In this document: positions 37,724-49,125 of the stretch, in pieces
How the letters are laid out: every line of letters begins with the position of its first letter
Position numbering within the stretch: the stretch's first letter is position 1
NCBI GenBank assembly: GCA_963924565.1
Contig: OZ004607.1
Span: forward strand, 30,628,001-30,692,000
DNA: 64,000 bases
Source: Ascidiella aspersa
Taxonomy: Eukaryota
Direction: 5' to 3'
Program-made: the position numbers and the translations under genes
Notes under the pieces: model-generated
Databases searched by the model: none
Seen by the model: the letters and a program-made list of their open reading frames with translations, nothing else
Told to the model about the DNA's origin: nothing

Positions 37724-38753
37724 CAGTGCTCCGCAATCGGTGTGCCGCGGCACACTGGTGTGCAGCGAGACCATGTCAAGTGTGCCGCGACGTTCCCGTA
37801 TGTGTGTTACTTGCGTTTTTTAATTGTACTTAAATGATGCTTCAAGACAGACATTTTAACTTTATTCAATAAATAATCAATGTAAATTTTCCTTAATATA
37901 AAAAACTATTACCTATGTTAAGCTACGTTCAATCGCCGGAAGTCAAATTTTAAAACATCTTTTTTAACTAATTCAATAACAGGAGTATAAATTTTCAGCA
38001 AATTATTTTTAACCACGATATAATTAGATCAAAAATCGTCGAAAAATGGCTAAACCTGTAGGCATAAACCTAAAGTTGATGGAAATAAGCGACAATAATG
38101 CCTAAAAATGTAACGAGAGGGTATGGAATAATCGGAGGTCATCAGTTTGACATTGGATGTCAACGTTTCGGCGTTCTACTTTGAACGGCGATTACGGCGC
38201 TGTTAAGTCACCGCTGTTTTAGCATTGGGTTGTTTCCCCTGTTAGGGGTAAGTGGTGGGCAGTGAGTGGGGTTAAATATTAAGTTAGGGTTGGGATTGAG
38301 GAGTTAGTGATGAATTTAGGGGTAGGGTTTAGGTAAAAGGTTGTATAGGCCTTATTCCGAAATTTAGGTCTAATTTCAAGAGGTTAGGACATATTCCGAT
38401 TTAGACGATATTATACGACTATGGGTATTAGTCCTATTTTGGTCTTATGCCGAACTGTGTTTTATTTCGACGTTGATGTTGTTCTAATTTTGGTCTTATG
38501 GCTGTTGTCCTTTCGGCCGTCTTAAAATATTTTAAAAGACCGTAAAACCGTAAATTCAGAAGATAAAAGAATGTAAAACGTCAAATTTTCGGCGCCTTCG
38601 GCACGTTAATCGTAAATTGCACATTATTCTCTAAGCAGCTTGCTATTATGCTTTTGTTGTCTATTCTCAATCGTCATATATTTCGTAGGTGTGCCGCCAA
38701 TTTTGTTTACCTGTGTGGGTGTGCCGCAAGTGAAAAAAGGTTGCGGAGCACTG
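37724..38753. mobile_element. hAT-type non-autonomous element with GTGTGCCGC subterminal repeats
   Basis: TIRs CAGTGCTCCGCAA / TTGCGGAGCACTG; internal TTAGGG-like G-rich tract at ~38240-38340; a degenerate end of the same family lies at ~10380-10408. Confidence 0.7.
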
Positions 38754-40348
38754 ATCTATGGTCTCAATAAAAAGGTGCTACAAAAATACTTTTAAAGAAA
38801 CACGAAAAATTGAATCGTTAATCATAGTCTATGCCATAGACTCTGCCATAGACTCAAGTCTATGGCGTCACATATATAGGGCAAACTCTTAATTATGCTA
38901 TCCCGCATTTACAACAAGTTGTCGGTCATACTAGTTTTAAAATTTGGTAATGCGCATGCGCACGTCGGACTCATCGTTTTATGTGGTCTTACTCGAGTCC
39001 CGAGTCCCGAGTCCGGCAACGAAATCCCTGGTTAGAAGTTGACGAAACCTCCATTGTTGATAGTCCAACACGGCATGCACAGCGCCTTTGAGCTAAAAAA
39101 GACTCGCTCAAAAGTAGACACAAAAATATTGTATGTAAAACGATATTGGCAAGTATGCGAAACGTTTTGCATTTAAGCAGCTAAAATAGCCAAAATAATA
39201 TGGGAAACGGCTCGGAAAAATAATATGGGGAACGGTACGGCATGTATATATAGCTATTATGATTTGTTCTTGACCAGCTTTACCGCTAAGATCTCATAGC
39301 TCAGTTGACACTATCAGTCGAATATTACCACCTTTGATTTTCTCTGATGAATTACATTGTTAAAACGCGGGCACTAGTTAGGCCTACGTGTTTTTTTCAT
39401 CCCAATTGATTGTGTTTTACATTATTACCGAAAAACGAAGTAAAGCTGACGTAGTGGAAAATTATTTTGTTGAATTTATTTGTATTAGCGAGTCGCTGAT
39501 TGATCGAAACGACTTCCTTTACATGCCTTCGTATTATCGTTCGATCAATGTTAACGTACTTCTGTTGCACTGATTATTATTTCATCGTTTGTGAGTGCGT
39601 TGTTATTCATCTTTTGTCGTTTATATGCGTGTGCGTTATTGTTTCTTTACTTCATCGTTTGTACGCGTGTTGTTCTTTTCACTCTTTTTTCTCACTGACG
39701 TAAATATCGCTTTATTTCTTATCTCATAGCTTTTGTGCTGGCACCTAATAATTAGTTACATTTGACACCTACACCATTTTTTCCTTCCGTTGGGGTGATC
39801 CGCTTAACCGAAAAGCAATGACGGTAGTCGGGTTTTGGGCGAGCTTGTGAAACATTTAGACACCTTGGTAATTGACGTTTCTTCCACCTTTTAAGACGTT
39901 GACCGCTTTTCATTGTTTTACTATTTTATTCTTTTATTTTACAGTTATTAATACAGTTGAAGGACACGCAGTGTAGCGCTTGGTATTCGACAGGCAGTAA
40001 AGTAGAGATCCTACAATTTGGCGTTATACTGGTAATAGTTTTTGACAAACCAACATCCTGTTCTTATCTATTCTTAAACAATGTTTTGCAGGAAAAACAT
40101 TAAATTGTCTGCATTAAGCCAGGTCTTATAGGTTTACCTTTCTTTGCTGGGAACAAGACATATTTTATCTAAAATTAATATTGTCATTTCCACCTAACCC
40201 ATTTTGTACAGTAACGAACTGTTGTACCCATTAGTCTGCTGAAGCATATAAGGTAACGCTAATACTTAAAGCCGGTGGTTTCAAAAATACTCACTGCGCA
40301 TGCGAGATTCCGAACTATACGTGGCTTGCGCAGTGTATTGTTTTTGGG

Positions 40349-42744
40349 CAGTGTTGCAATGACTTAAATCATTGACTTGACTTAAGTGCACTTAAGTCAC
40401 TATTTTTTAAATGACTTGACTAGACTTAAGTCTGTTGGGCAAAAGGACTTTAATTAAGTCTGTTGGGCAAAATGACTTTACTTTAGTCTTTTGGACAAAT
40501 GACTTGGGTTGAAATAAGTTTTTTCATGCAGCATTTTTTATAAAATTCGGTTATTTATCTTTATTTTCGCACATAAAACAATTTGATTGCTTTACGTTCT
40601 GTTTTTTTTTACTGGAGGTATTGCACAAAATCGGACGAGAATTTTTGTGGCCTGCCCATCCTGGGCCAGATAAGTGTTAGGGTATATGATATATAAATTA
40701 TAATTGAAAATTTGGTTGCCTATGTGTATAGTTAAATAAAAAGACAGGCAAAAGCAACTTAGATTCATTTTTCTTCGGATCATAAACTTTTTCGGATCAT
40801 AAAGGTATTACAGTTTAAAGAATTGCATCATAAAACAAATCACGAACCCCGCTTTGCCTATTCGAAATCCGGACCTTTAAAATAATGTCTGACATTTTCA
40901 GGTTAGAGTTAGAACGAAATTCGTGAAAAATTGTCGGTTTAATTTTGGCAAAACGTTTTAATTAAATGTGGAATGAATAGTAGACCTGTAAACACATAAA
41001 TATAGATAGCATATTTGAACGGTTTGATTAATCCTTAATTTAATTTCAACATTTTAAGTTTGAAAATCACTTCCTATCGTTTTGTCATACAAAACAGATA
41101 TGTCAAAAACCGTTATGGGCATTTATGTTGAATGGCAAGGTGTTTGGCTTGAAAGGACTGTCGAACCCACTGCTGCAGATGGATGTAAATATATCGGCTC
41201 AGTTGCTATCTTTTCACACCTGTTGGTATGGAGCTGGATATAAAACGTCACTTTTTATATTCATGGTATTCGGCCGCTAGTGGATATGCCAGGATTCACG
41301 AAACAAACGTTAACGATAGTTACCCTTCCGAAAGTTATATTTGTTGTAATAATTTGAAAAACAAGACTGTTCGCGTAATGACGTCATTTGACATCAGATT
41401 TAATATGTTGGAATCGCCATCGAAATGCAGTTTCGGACATCTATATTATATTATTATCACAGGAAACTTGTAAAGGGTAATTTCACTTTCATAAGCACGA
41501 TAAAATTATTCGTTGTACCCCTTTTGTTTGGATAAGATTTTTTTTTGGAGAAGGCCCTTCTACTTAATGGTACAACCGCATTGTAAAATCATTTGGTAAG
41601 TAAATTTCATTAATAAAATTATAGTTTTTTTGCGGGGAGCCAATGTTGCCCCTCCAACCATATTGAAAAAGGTCTAAATATATAGCAAAAAACATAAGCT
41701 AGATCGATATAGAGTTACGGATGGACAGAAATTCGTACCGTATTACCAAACTTTATAACGCGAGTTATTGTTACAGATATCGCGCAAATCGCCTTGAAAA
41801 TGTCACGGAAGATTTCGCTTTTTTCATAATTTGACTAAAAGCGATGTGTCGTCCAATGTTGTTGTACGGCGTTTCGAGATTTTAAGATTTTTCTATGCAG
41901 AAATCGTGACGTATGCGTGCAGGCTCACCGCGAACGCTTTCCTTCCCCCAGCATGTAGCCTATACACGCACGTTTTGGACATGTTTAGGCCAGAAGATGC
42001 AATTCTGTTTCCGGTCATGCTGTGACAAGTTTGAGGTGAGCAGAGTTGACGCGGCAAACCTTTTTGGCTCACTTTGCCTTTTTACGCAACAAATCACGAT
42101 CGTTATGCAATTAGCGACACCTCGCACGCGGGCGTAATGCCAGCTGACACCGTGCGAGACACAGCTTGCAAAAGCGTACCGCGCCGCCATTCCATAAGGA
42201 AAACCATGCACGAGAGTGGGCAAACTTATTGGCAAACTCCCCACCTTATGACTCCCGCTTCGGAATTCGACTGTCAACGGAAGCCCTTTTTGCAACAAGA
42301 GTGATGGCAGTTGCAAACTTACGTCATTGACTTGACTCTTTTTTTGTTATAATGACTAGACTTGACTTAAGCCTTTCGAACGAATAGCGTGACTAGGACT
42401 TTAGTCAATAAGTCAACTGACTTAATTTAAAGAATTAAGTGTTCTCATTTAACATTTTATTATAAATTTAGCTGGTTGTCTCAAGTTTTGCCCATAAAAC
42501 GACTAGATTGTTGCAGGTTGCTTTTTGTTTTGTTTTTGAGTTGAATATTACTCATATTCGGCGATTTAACTTTTCAAATCCATTTTTTTTTATCAAAGAT
42601 TCGATTTGGGCTTGCTCGAATAATGACTTCAGTGGGACTTGGGCAACTAAAGACTTGCAGTTGGAGTTGACTTGGACTTAAGTTATATCACAAAAGACTT
42701 GACTGGGTCTTAAGTGCTTTTATATTGGCTTGTTTACAACACTG
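40349..42744. mobile_element. ~2.4-kb non-autonomous DNA element with GACTT subterminal repeat arrays
   Basis: Ends CAGTGTTG / CAACACTG; dense GACTT(G/A) repeats at 40360-40505 and 42330-42715; no transposase ORF and no recognisable TSD. Confidence 0.55.
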
Positions 42745-43510
42745 CACGAATAGAAAGGACCAGGTTTTTTTTAAGGTTTGGTTTGGGTGACCGCTAAGTA
42801 GTTTTAAGAGACCGCAAGTGTTTCATTTAAATACCAAAATGTTGCAAGTCCAAAATTTGGGAAACCTCTGGAGAAATCCCCAAAACACCTAAAAAAAACA
42901 CTGGAAAGGACTATTATTTTTATTTGATAACCTACCGATTCCTTCTTGTGCATTCAGCCTAGCGTGAAAGTCGTTAGTGCGGCATAGGTGAAAGGGTAAA
43001 CGTGCTGAGAGCGCCGTGACTCTTAACCGGGTTCTTTTTTTGCATTTCCTTTCGTTTGCACGACATGCCAAACTATAAAGTTGCCATCTCGCTGTTACGC
43101 TGTCGTCGTTTTGCAACTTAGTAAATTAAGAATGTGCGATTATTCAAGCGGTTAACCACGTGGCTGTGCGGTTAATCACGACAATCTGCTGTTAATAACG
43201 CGATTTTCCTGGGTGACATTAAGGCCACCCCGCGTATGAACACGAAATAGAAAATGTCGCTCGTTTGTGAACTCAACAACAACACCAAAAGCAAAAAATC
43301 ACTTGGCAGAAACTTATTTTTAGTTGAACTAAGGGTATATAGTGAACCTACCAGTAAATGAAAGAAAAAGCAAGTGCAACTGTGTGTAAGTTGCAATCAG
43401 GGGGTGAATAAATATACGCAGTACCTTTAAATGTTCGGCATGTTTCTTTACTTGTAATCTGGACAAGAATGGAATTCTTCTATAGGCACGGCAATAATGA
43501 ACATTATAAT

Positions 43511-43636
43511 CGGGGCTGGAGAGCCGGAGCCGGAGCTGGAGCCGGAGCTGGAGCTGGAGCCCGGAGCCCTGAGCTAAGCATTTTCTCTTTTCTGGAGCCG
43601 GAGCTAATGCTATTTTACGGTGGCTCCCCAGCCCTG
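43511..43636. mobile_element. Short GGAGCC-repeat hAT MITE immediately upstream of receptor copy C
   Basis: TIRs CGGGGCTGG / CCAGCCCTG; perfect 8-bp TSD ATTATAAT on both sides; internal (GGAGCY)n. Confidence 0.85.
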
Positions 43637-43700
43637 ATTATAATACGAGGTTTTCCTGTATGTTATCGCGTTTTTATTATTATTTCAGAGCCTCTTCGGA

Positions 43701-46700
43701 ATGCAGTTAATTATTTTGTGTTTTCTGCTCTTAGCACAGTTTGCTGTGGCGACAACCAGGACGGATGGCAATCCACTTCGCGAGTGGCATTCTTACTACG
43801 GTGATTTGGTTTCACTCGATGCAATCATATTATTATTTAGTCTCAGAATTTTAAACGAAACTCGATTACTGTCGTAAATTCAACCGGTTAATTTTAAATA
43901 CGACCGTTTTTACAAAGGATGAGACGAGTGTTGGAAGACGGGTATAACGCCGGTTTAATTTTTGGAAATAAAACATCTAAAAATAAAAACTTTCTGGGTT
44001 TTGATGTAAATATTTAACATTTTGTTTTTCGACAGAATTGGTGACGTTTTTTATAAAATGCCTTGACATGCAAAAAAAATTTATGCGTTTTGATGGTAGG
44101 AAGTATTTATTAAAATGAATTAATTTTTTCCTCTGCTGGTCCTTTTGCGGTTAAAGGTAAAATAAGTTATTGGTTGATGCGACCCTTCAACAATAAAATA
44201 ACAGTATCAAAATAATGCAACGGCTCTAACAATATGTCGTTTGATTGCAGACTGGTGCACTGAAATGAGATTACATCCAGATCGCAACGTTTCCAACTGT
44301 TACTGTCCAGCGAAAACCAAAGATCTTTCCTACCACTTTTTTACTATACGAAAGGCCGACGCTCAACAAACCATTCAAAAGAGATGGATGTGCGACGCTA
44401 AACACGATTGTAATGATGGGTCGGATGAAAAAGACTGTCTATGCTCACCTGACCAATATCAATGCGATGCCCACTGAGAACCCAGCACTGCTATCACGGA
44501 CAGGGGTGCTACAGTGAGGGTGACATTTGCAACGGTCGTTTGGATTGCATGGACGGCACAGACGAGCTAAACTGCACTTGCCCAAGTAAAACTTTTCGCT
44601 GTGCGTGCCAAGATAACAACACGTGCGCCTACCCGGAAGTGTGCATCTTGGAGCATCAGACCTGCGACGGGAAAAGCGATTGTTCCGACGGAAGCGACGA
44701 AGCCGACTGTCAATGTGCCGGGGAATTTTCTTGCGGTTGTCGCTACGTGAACGGTAAATGTCAAGATCCAACTAGTTGCATCCCGTTGTCATTTGAATGC
44801 GATGGGATTAACGACTGCGCAGACGGCAGCGATGAATTAGATTGTGAATTAGTCATGATTCAGTTTTACTGCGCGTGTGTAAGGAGAGGAACGTGCGCTC
44901 AGCCTTTCCCTAATTCGGTGCCGTGGAAAGACGTGTGCAACTTTCGCGACGACTGTGGCGACTGGAGCGACGAAGTAAATTGTCCGTGCGCCCTAGGCGA
45001 ATTCAAGTGCGACTGCAACGCGAAAGGCTGCGGCGTTTCGGCGGGCTGCGTCAACCAGAGGAGACAGGTGTGCAACGGTTTCGATGACTGCGGCGACTGG
45101 AGCGATGAAACCGACTGTGCGTTCAAGAAGCAGCGCTTCACTTGCGACTGCTTCGCGCAGAACCGCAGCTGCGCCTATGGAGTGGCGAGTGTGCGGCAAG
45201 ATCAGGTGTGCGACGGCACCTTTCAGTGCTCGGACCACTCGGACGAGCGCAACTGCACTTGCAATGCATCCAAGTTCAGGTGCAAGTGCGCTGATGCCGG
45301 GGTAGGGCAGTGCGAAGGCAAGCGATGGTGCGTTCCCCGCGATGCGGTGTGCGACGGCAGGAACGACTGTGGCGACTGGAGCGACGAAGAAGGCTGCGGC
45401 AGCTGCGGAGCGAATTCCTTCCGCTGCGACTGCTACAAAACTTCCCCAATTAAATGCTCGCGCAACTACGGCTGCTTCAGGCCCAGCCAACGCTGCGACC
45501 ATTTCGAAGACTGCGGCGACGGGAGCGACGAACGCGGCTGCGACTTTTTGCCTTGCGCGTGTCGCTCGTCGTCCTCGCAGACGCCGTGCTACACCTGGAG
45601 CGTGGCGACCGGCAAACGCTGCGACCTTGTGAACGACTGCGGCGATTGGAGCGACGAGAACAACTGCACCTGCCCGCGCTTCAGCTTTGAGTACCCGTGC
45701 AACTTTCCAGGATGTGAAACTGGACCTGGGTGTGTTTCGGTTATCAAGCATTGCGACGGTTATAACGACTGCGGCGATTGGGCCGACGAGGCCGGGTGTG
45801 TTTGCGCGGTTGGCACGAAACCGTGCAAATGCTACGTGGAGGCGAAAAAAACCTGCGCAGACAAGCAGAGCTGTGTCGCCGACAGTAAGGTATGCGACGG
45901 CAAAAACGACTGCGGCGATTGGAGCGACGAACTGGGCTGCCAGTGCGGCGCCGGTCAGGTAAGGTGCGGGTGCATTTTTGCCGACACCAACTGCACCTCT
46001 AACAAGAGGTGCATAGACGTGTCAATGGTCAATGACGGGACGCCTGACTGCGAAAAAGGCGAGGACGAACCGTGCACGATGAGTTGGCACTTCTGCGATG
46101 GGCGCTGCAAGACCACCGCTATGTACTGTGCCGACTCTGACGCCAAGGCGAGAATGCTGCAGTATGAAAACGCCTCGCAGACGCACTGTTTTCCCATGAT
46201 GACCAAAACTTTTATAAACGACACCATAGGGAAAAAAGAACCGGAGTGGGCTTGCGTTTCAAGCGCGTGCCGCTCACAAAATCACCTTGGCTGTATAACA
46301 CCAGTCCGCTGTGATAATAACAAAGTTATAATAGCGAACGCTTTCTGCGATGGAATTGACCACTGTTTTGACAGCAGTGATGAATGGTATAACGACGTTG
46401 GGTTTAAATGCTCCACCAGGCATTCGTCTTTCAGCTGTGTTCTCCCTCAGTCAAACCTATACGACGACGTGGCGCAGTGTTCGGACGGCGCCGATTTGTG
46501 TTTCGTCAACGGGACCATGAACTGTTTTCAATGCTTCGACAAACGCCTGGTGATCTCGAGCGCACAAGTGTGCGACGGCGTGGTGGATTGCCTAGACCTC
46601 TCCGACGAGTGTTTCTGCTCGGATCACACGGTTTGTGACGAGGTTCTTGGCGATTCCCGGTCTCTCTGCGATCCCGGGCAAGTTTACTGCAACGACGACT

Positions 46701-48451
46701 TGGGATGTGTGGAACAGTCGGTGGCGGTTTGCAACGCTAACTACAAATGTACCAACCAGGCCAACACGGCGTGGTGCACGCCCGGCCAAAATATTAACAA
46801 GAAGGTAAGTTGCGTTAATTTTGGTGGTCGGATAGAGGCTACGATGTGCGACGGGCGACCGGAGTGCAGTGACTTATCCGACGAATGTGGAAATTGCACC
46901 TACAAGCCGTGGTTTTGCGACGACCCTTGTCGCCTGTATTATGCGATAGGTGGTCGATACTGCGACGGTCAGAACGACATGGCCTACCGTTTCATCAACA
47001 ACCCATCGTGTCCCGAGGGCTTCGACGAGAAAAACTGTTCCCAGCGATTTTATTGCAGTAGTGGTATTTCCATAAGTATTGACGTCAACAATGTATGTGA
47101 TGGTACAATTAACTGTGAAAACGGGGAAGATGAGACTAAGGCTCGTTGCGCTGATAAACGCTTTTACTGTGGCGATAAAAAGCCGATATCAGTGGCGAAA
47201 AGCCAGGTGGAGGATGGCAAGTGGGACTGCGCTGACGGAAGCGACGAATGCCCGCCGCAAACTGACAAAGTAACTGTGTTTTCCTCGCAATACGAGCTGA
47301 TCGGCAACAAAATTATTCTTGCCGTGTTTTGGATTATGGCGCTTGTTTCCATTGCTGGCAACCTCGTTGTGTTTATAAGGACAGCGAAGGACATTTTGTC
47401 GCCAGAACGACAGTCCATACAGTTTCGCTATAACTCGTTGTTCGTGCTAAACCTTTCGGCATCCGACTTCTTAATGGGCGTTTACCTTTTAGCGGTTTGC
47501 ATTAAGGCCGCGCAGTTTTCTGGTTCGTATTGTTTCCACGATCACCTTTGGCGCACAAGTCGAGCGTGCTCTGTTTTGGGCGTCGTTGTCGTTCTTTCCA
47601 CCGAGACTTCCGTGTTCATTATGACATGCATGACCGCATTTCGCCTTGTGACCATATTGCGACCATTCGTAACCGCCACCGTTTCGATAACCTGGGGAAA
47701 GTTGGCGGTGGCAGCGTCCTGGATTTTGGCAATTTTAATCGCCACTTTTCCGTTAATGTTCCCGACCTCTGGCTACTTTGTATCCGGGGTTTGGTTTCCG
47801 AACTACTTTTACAAATCTGACCAAGTAAGTAAAGCTGACCTTAATACACTCGCTTTTAGAATGGGTCAAACGAACTCCTCTTCATGGTCCGATACCAAGG
47901 AGTATGTTCAAAGAAAACTCCCGTATTTGCCGATTAAGGGCGACATTGGTTACTACAGCGAAACCAGCGTGTGCATGCCTCGCATCTTCGTGAACGTCGG
48001 CCAAGCTGGCTGGGGCTACTCGACTTTTCTAGTCACCATAAATTTGTTTCTATTTAGTATCATGGTATTGGGCTACGGCCTGATTTATCGGCAAGGGACG
48101 AGAAACACAGAGAAGACGAGCAAGCGCACTAAGAAAATCCAACGCAAAATAACGCGCCTTATTCTGACTGATTTCGCTTGCTGGGTTCCGCTTTGTACAC
48201 TAGCTTTTATACAGCTTTCCGGTGTGGAATTTCCAGTTGTTGTGTACGCCATCAGCGCTGGAATCTTGCTTCCCACCAACAGCGCCCTTAACCCCTTGAT
48301 ATATTCCGACACAATCAGTGAGATCCTGGAAAGGCTGCACTTTTGCCATAAGCGCCAAACCGCTGTTAAACTAATAAATCCGCCTGCAGTGATTTCCGGC
48401 TCTCCCAACAACTCAGGTTCTTCTGGATCGCATCAAACCACGCCCATTTAA
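43701..48451 (+). pseudogene. LDLa-repeat GPCR (RXFP/GRL101-like, no LRRs) copy C; exons 43701-43800 and 44251-48451; 1-bp deletion at ~44466
   Basis: Exon 1 encodes signal peptide MQLIILCFLLLAQFAVATT...WHSYY with the same phase-1 intron. CAATGCGATGCCCA here versus CAATGCGGATGCCCA in copy B gives a frameshift. The remainder (ORF 44462-48451) is open through the 7TM domain. It could be an intact gene with an assembly error. Confidence 0.75.
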
Positions 48452-49125
48452 AATCGAAAAACAATCCAGCGGATTCGAACCAGTGTTTGTTTGAAGTGAG
48501 TTTATTTGTTTCGCGGTCCCCTGTTTCCCAGAACAACGTTTTTTCCGTGTTGCTGACCTTTTGATTCTATAGAATGTTCTTTCATTTTGTTTTCCTCCAA
48601 ATGATAATCTCCTACTCCATGTTAAACACTGGAAGGCTGCGTTTCTTTCGAGTTTCTTGGCAAAAATGAATTTGTTTAATTTGTATACAGTTCAACTATA
48701 ACCCTATTATTTTTGTCTACCATTTTAAAAATGTAACATACTGCTTTATAGGCGTAGATCATATACCTTGTGTTGCAGTGAACTTTTTTCTTTGCAAACG
48801 ATTGCGGAGTTCGTCTGTTTACCATCAACGTTTATTACGTTTAAAGCGTGCCTGTTAAATTATATCTATATGTGCAATTATCTGTCTTTTATTATAACTT
48901 ACACGAGAACAAACAAAGTATTCTTAATACCAGTAACAACACCCTAGCTTGGTATAGGCTACGTATGGTTGGCACACTTTTACAAAAGTAAAAAAAAATT
49001 ACACAAATTGGAAGAAAACATCCTGAAAAGCAAACATGAACGAACGTAAACTTTGTCATTGGAAAACCTGAGCGTTCCAGCACACGCACTTGAGTTAAAT
49101 ACTCGTCACAAAATACAGTAAACTC

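Noticed and set aside
38240-38345. Telomere-like TTAGGG tract
   Set aside because: Degenerate, short and inside a transposon-derived element; not an interstitial telomere array.
39780-40000. Possible non-coding exons upstream of receptor C
   Set aside because: Splice-like sites are present but there is no ORF or other support.
43469-43804. ORF with a GAGAGA repeat (silk/collagen-like)
   Set aside because: The repeat is the translation of a GGAGCY MITE; the true exon 1 of receptor C is in another frame.
44993-45751. 252-aa antisense ORF, and other antisense or alternate-frame ORFs over the receptors and SLC43
   Set aside because: Shadow ORFs caused by GC-rich repetitive codon usage on the coding strand.
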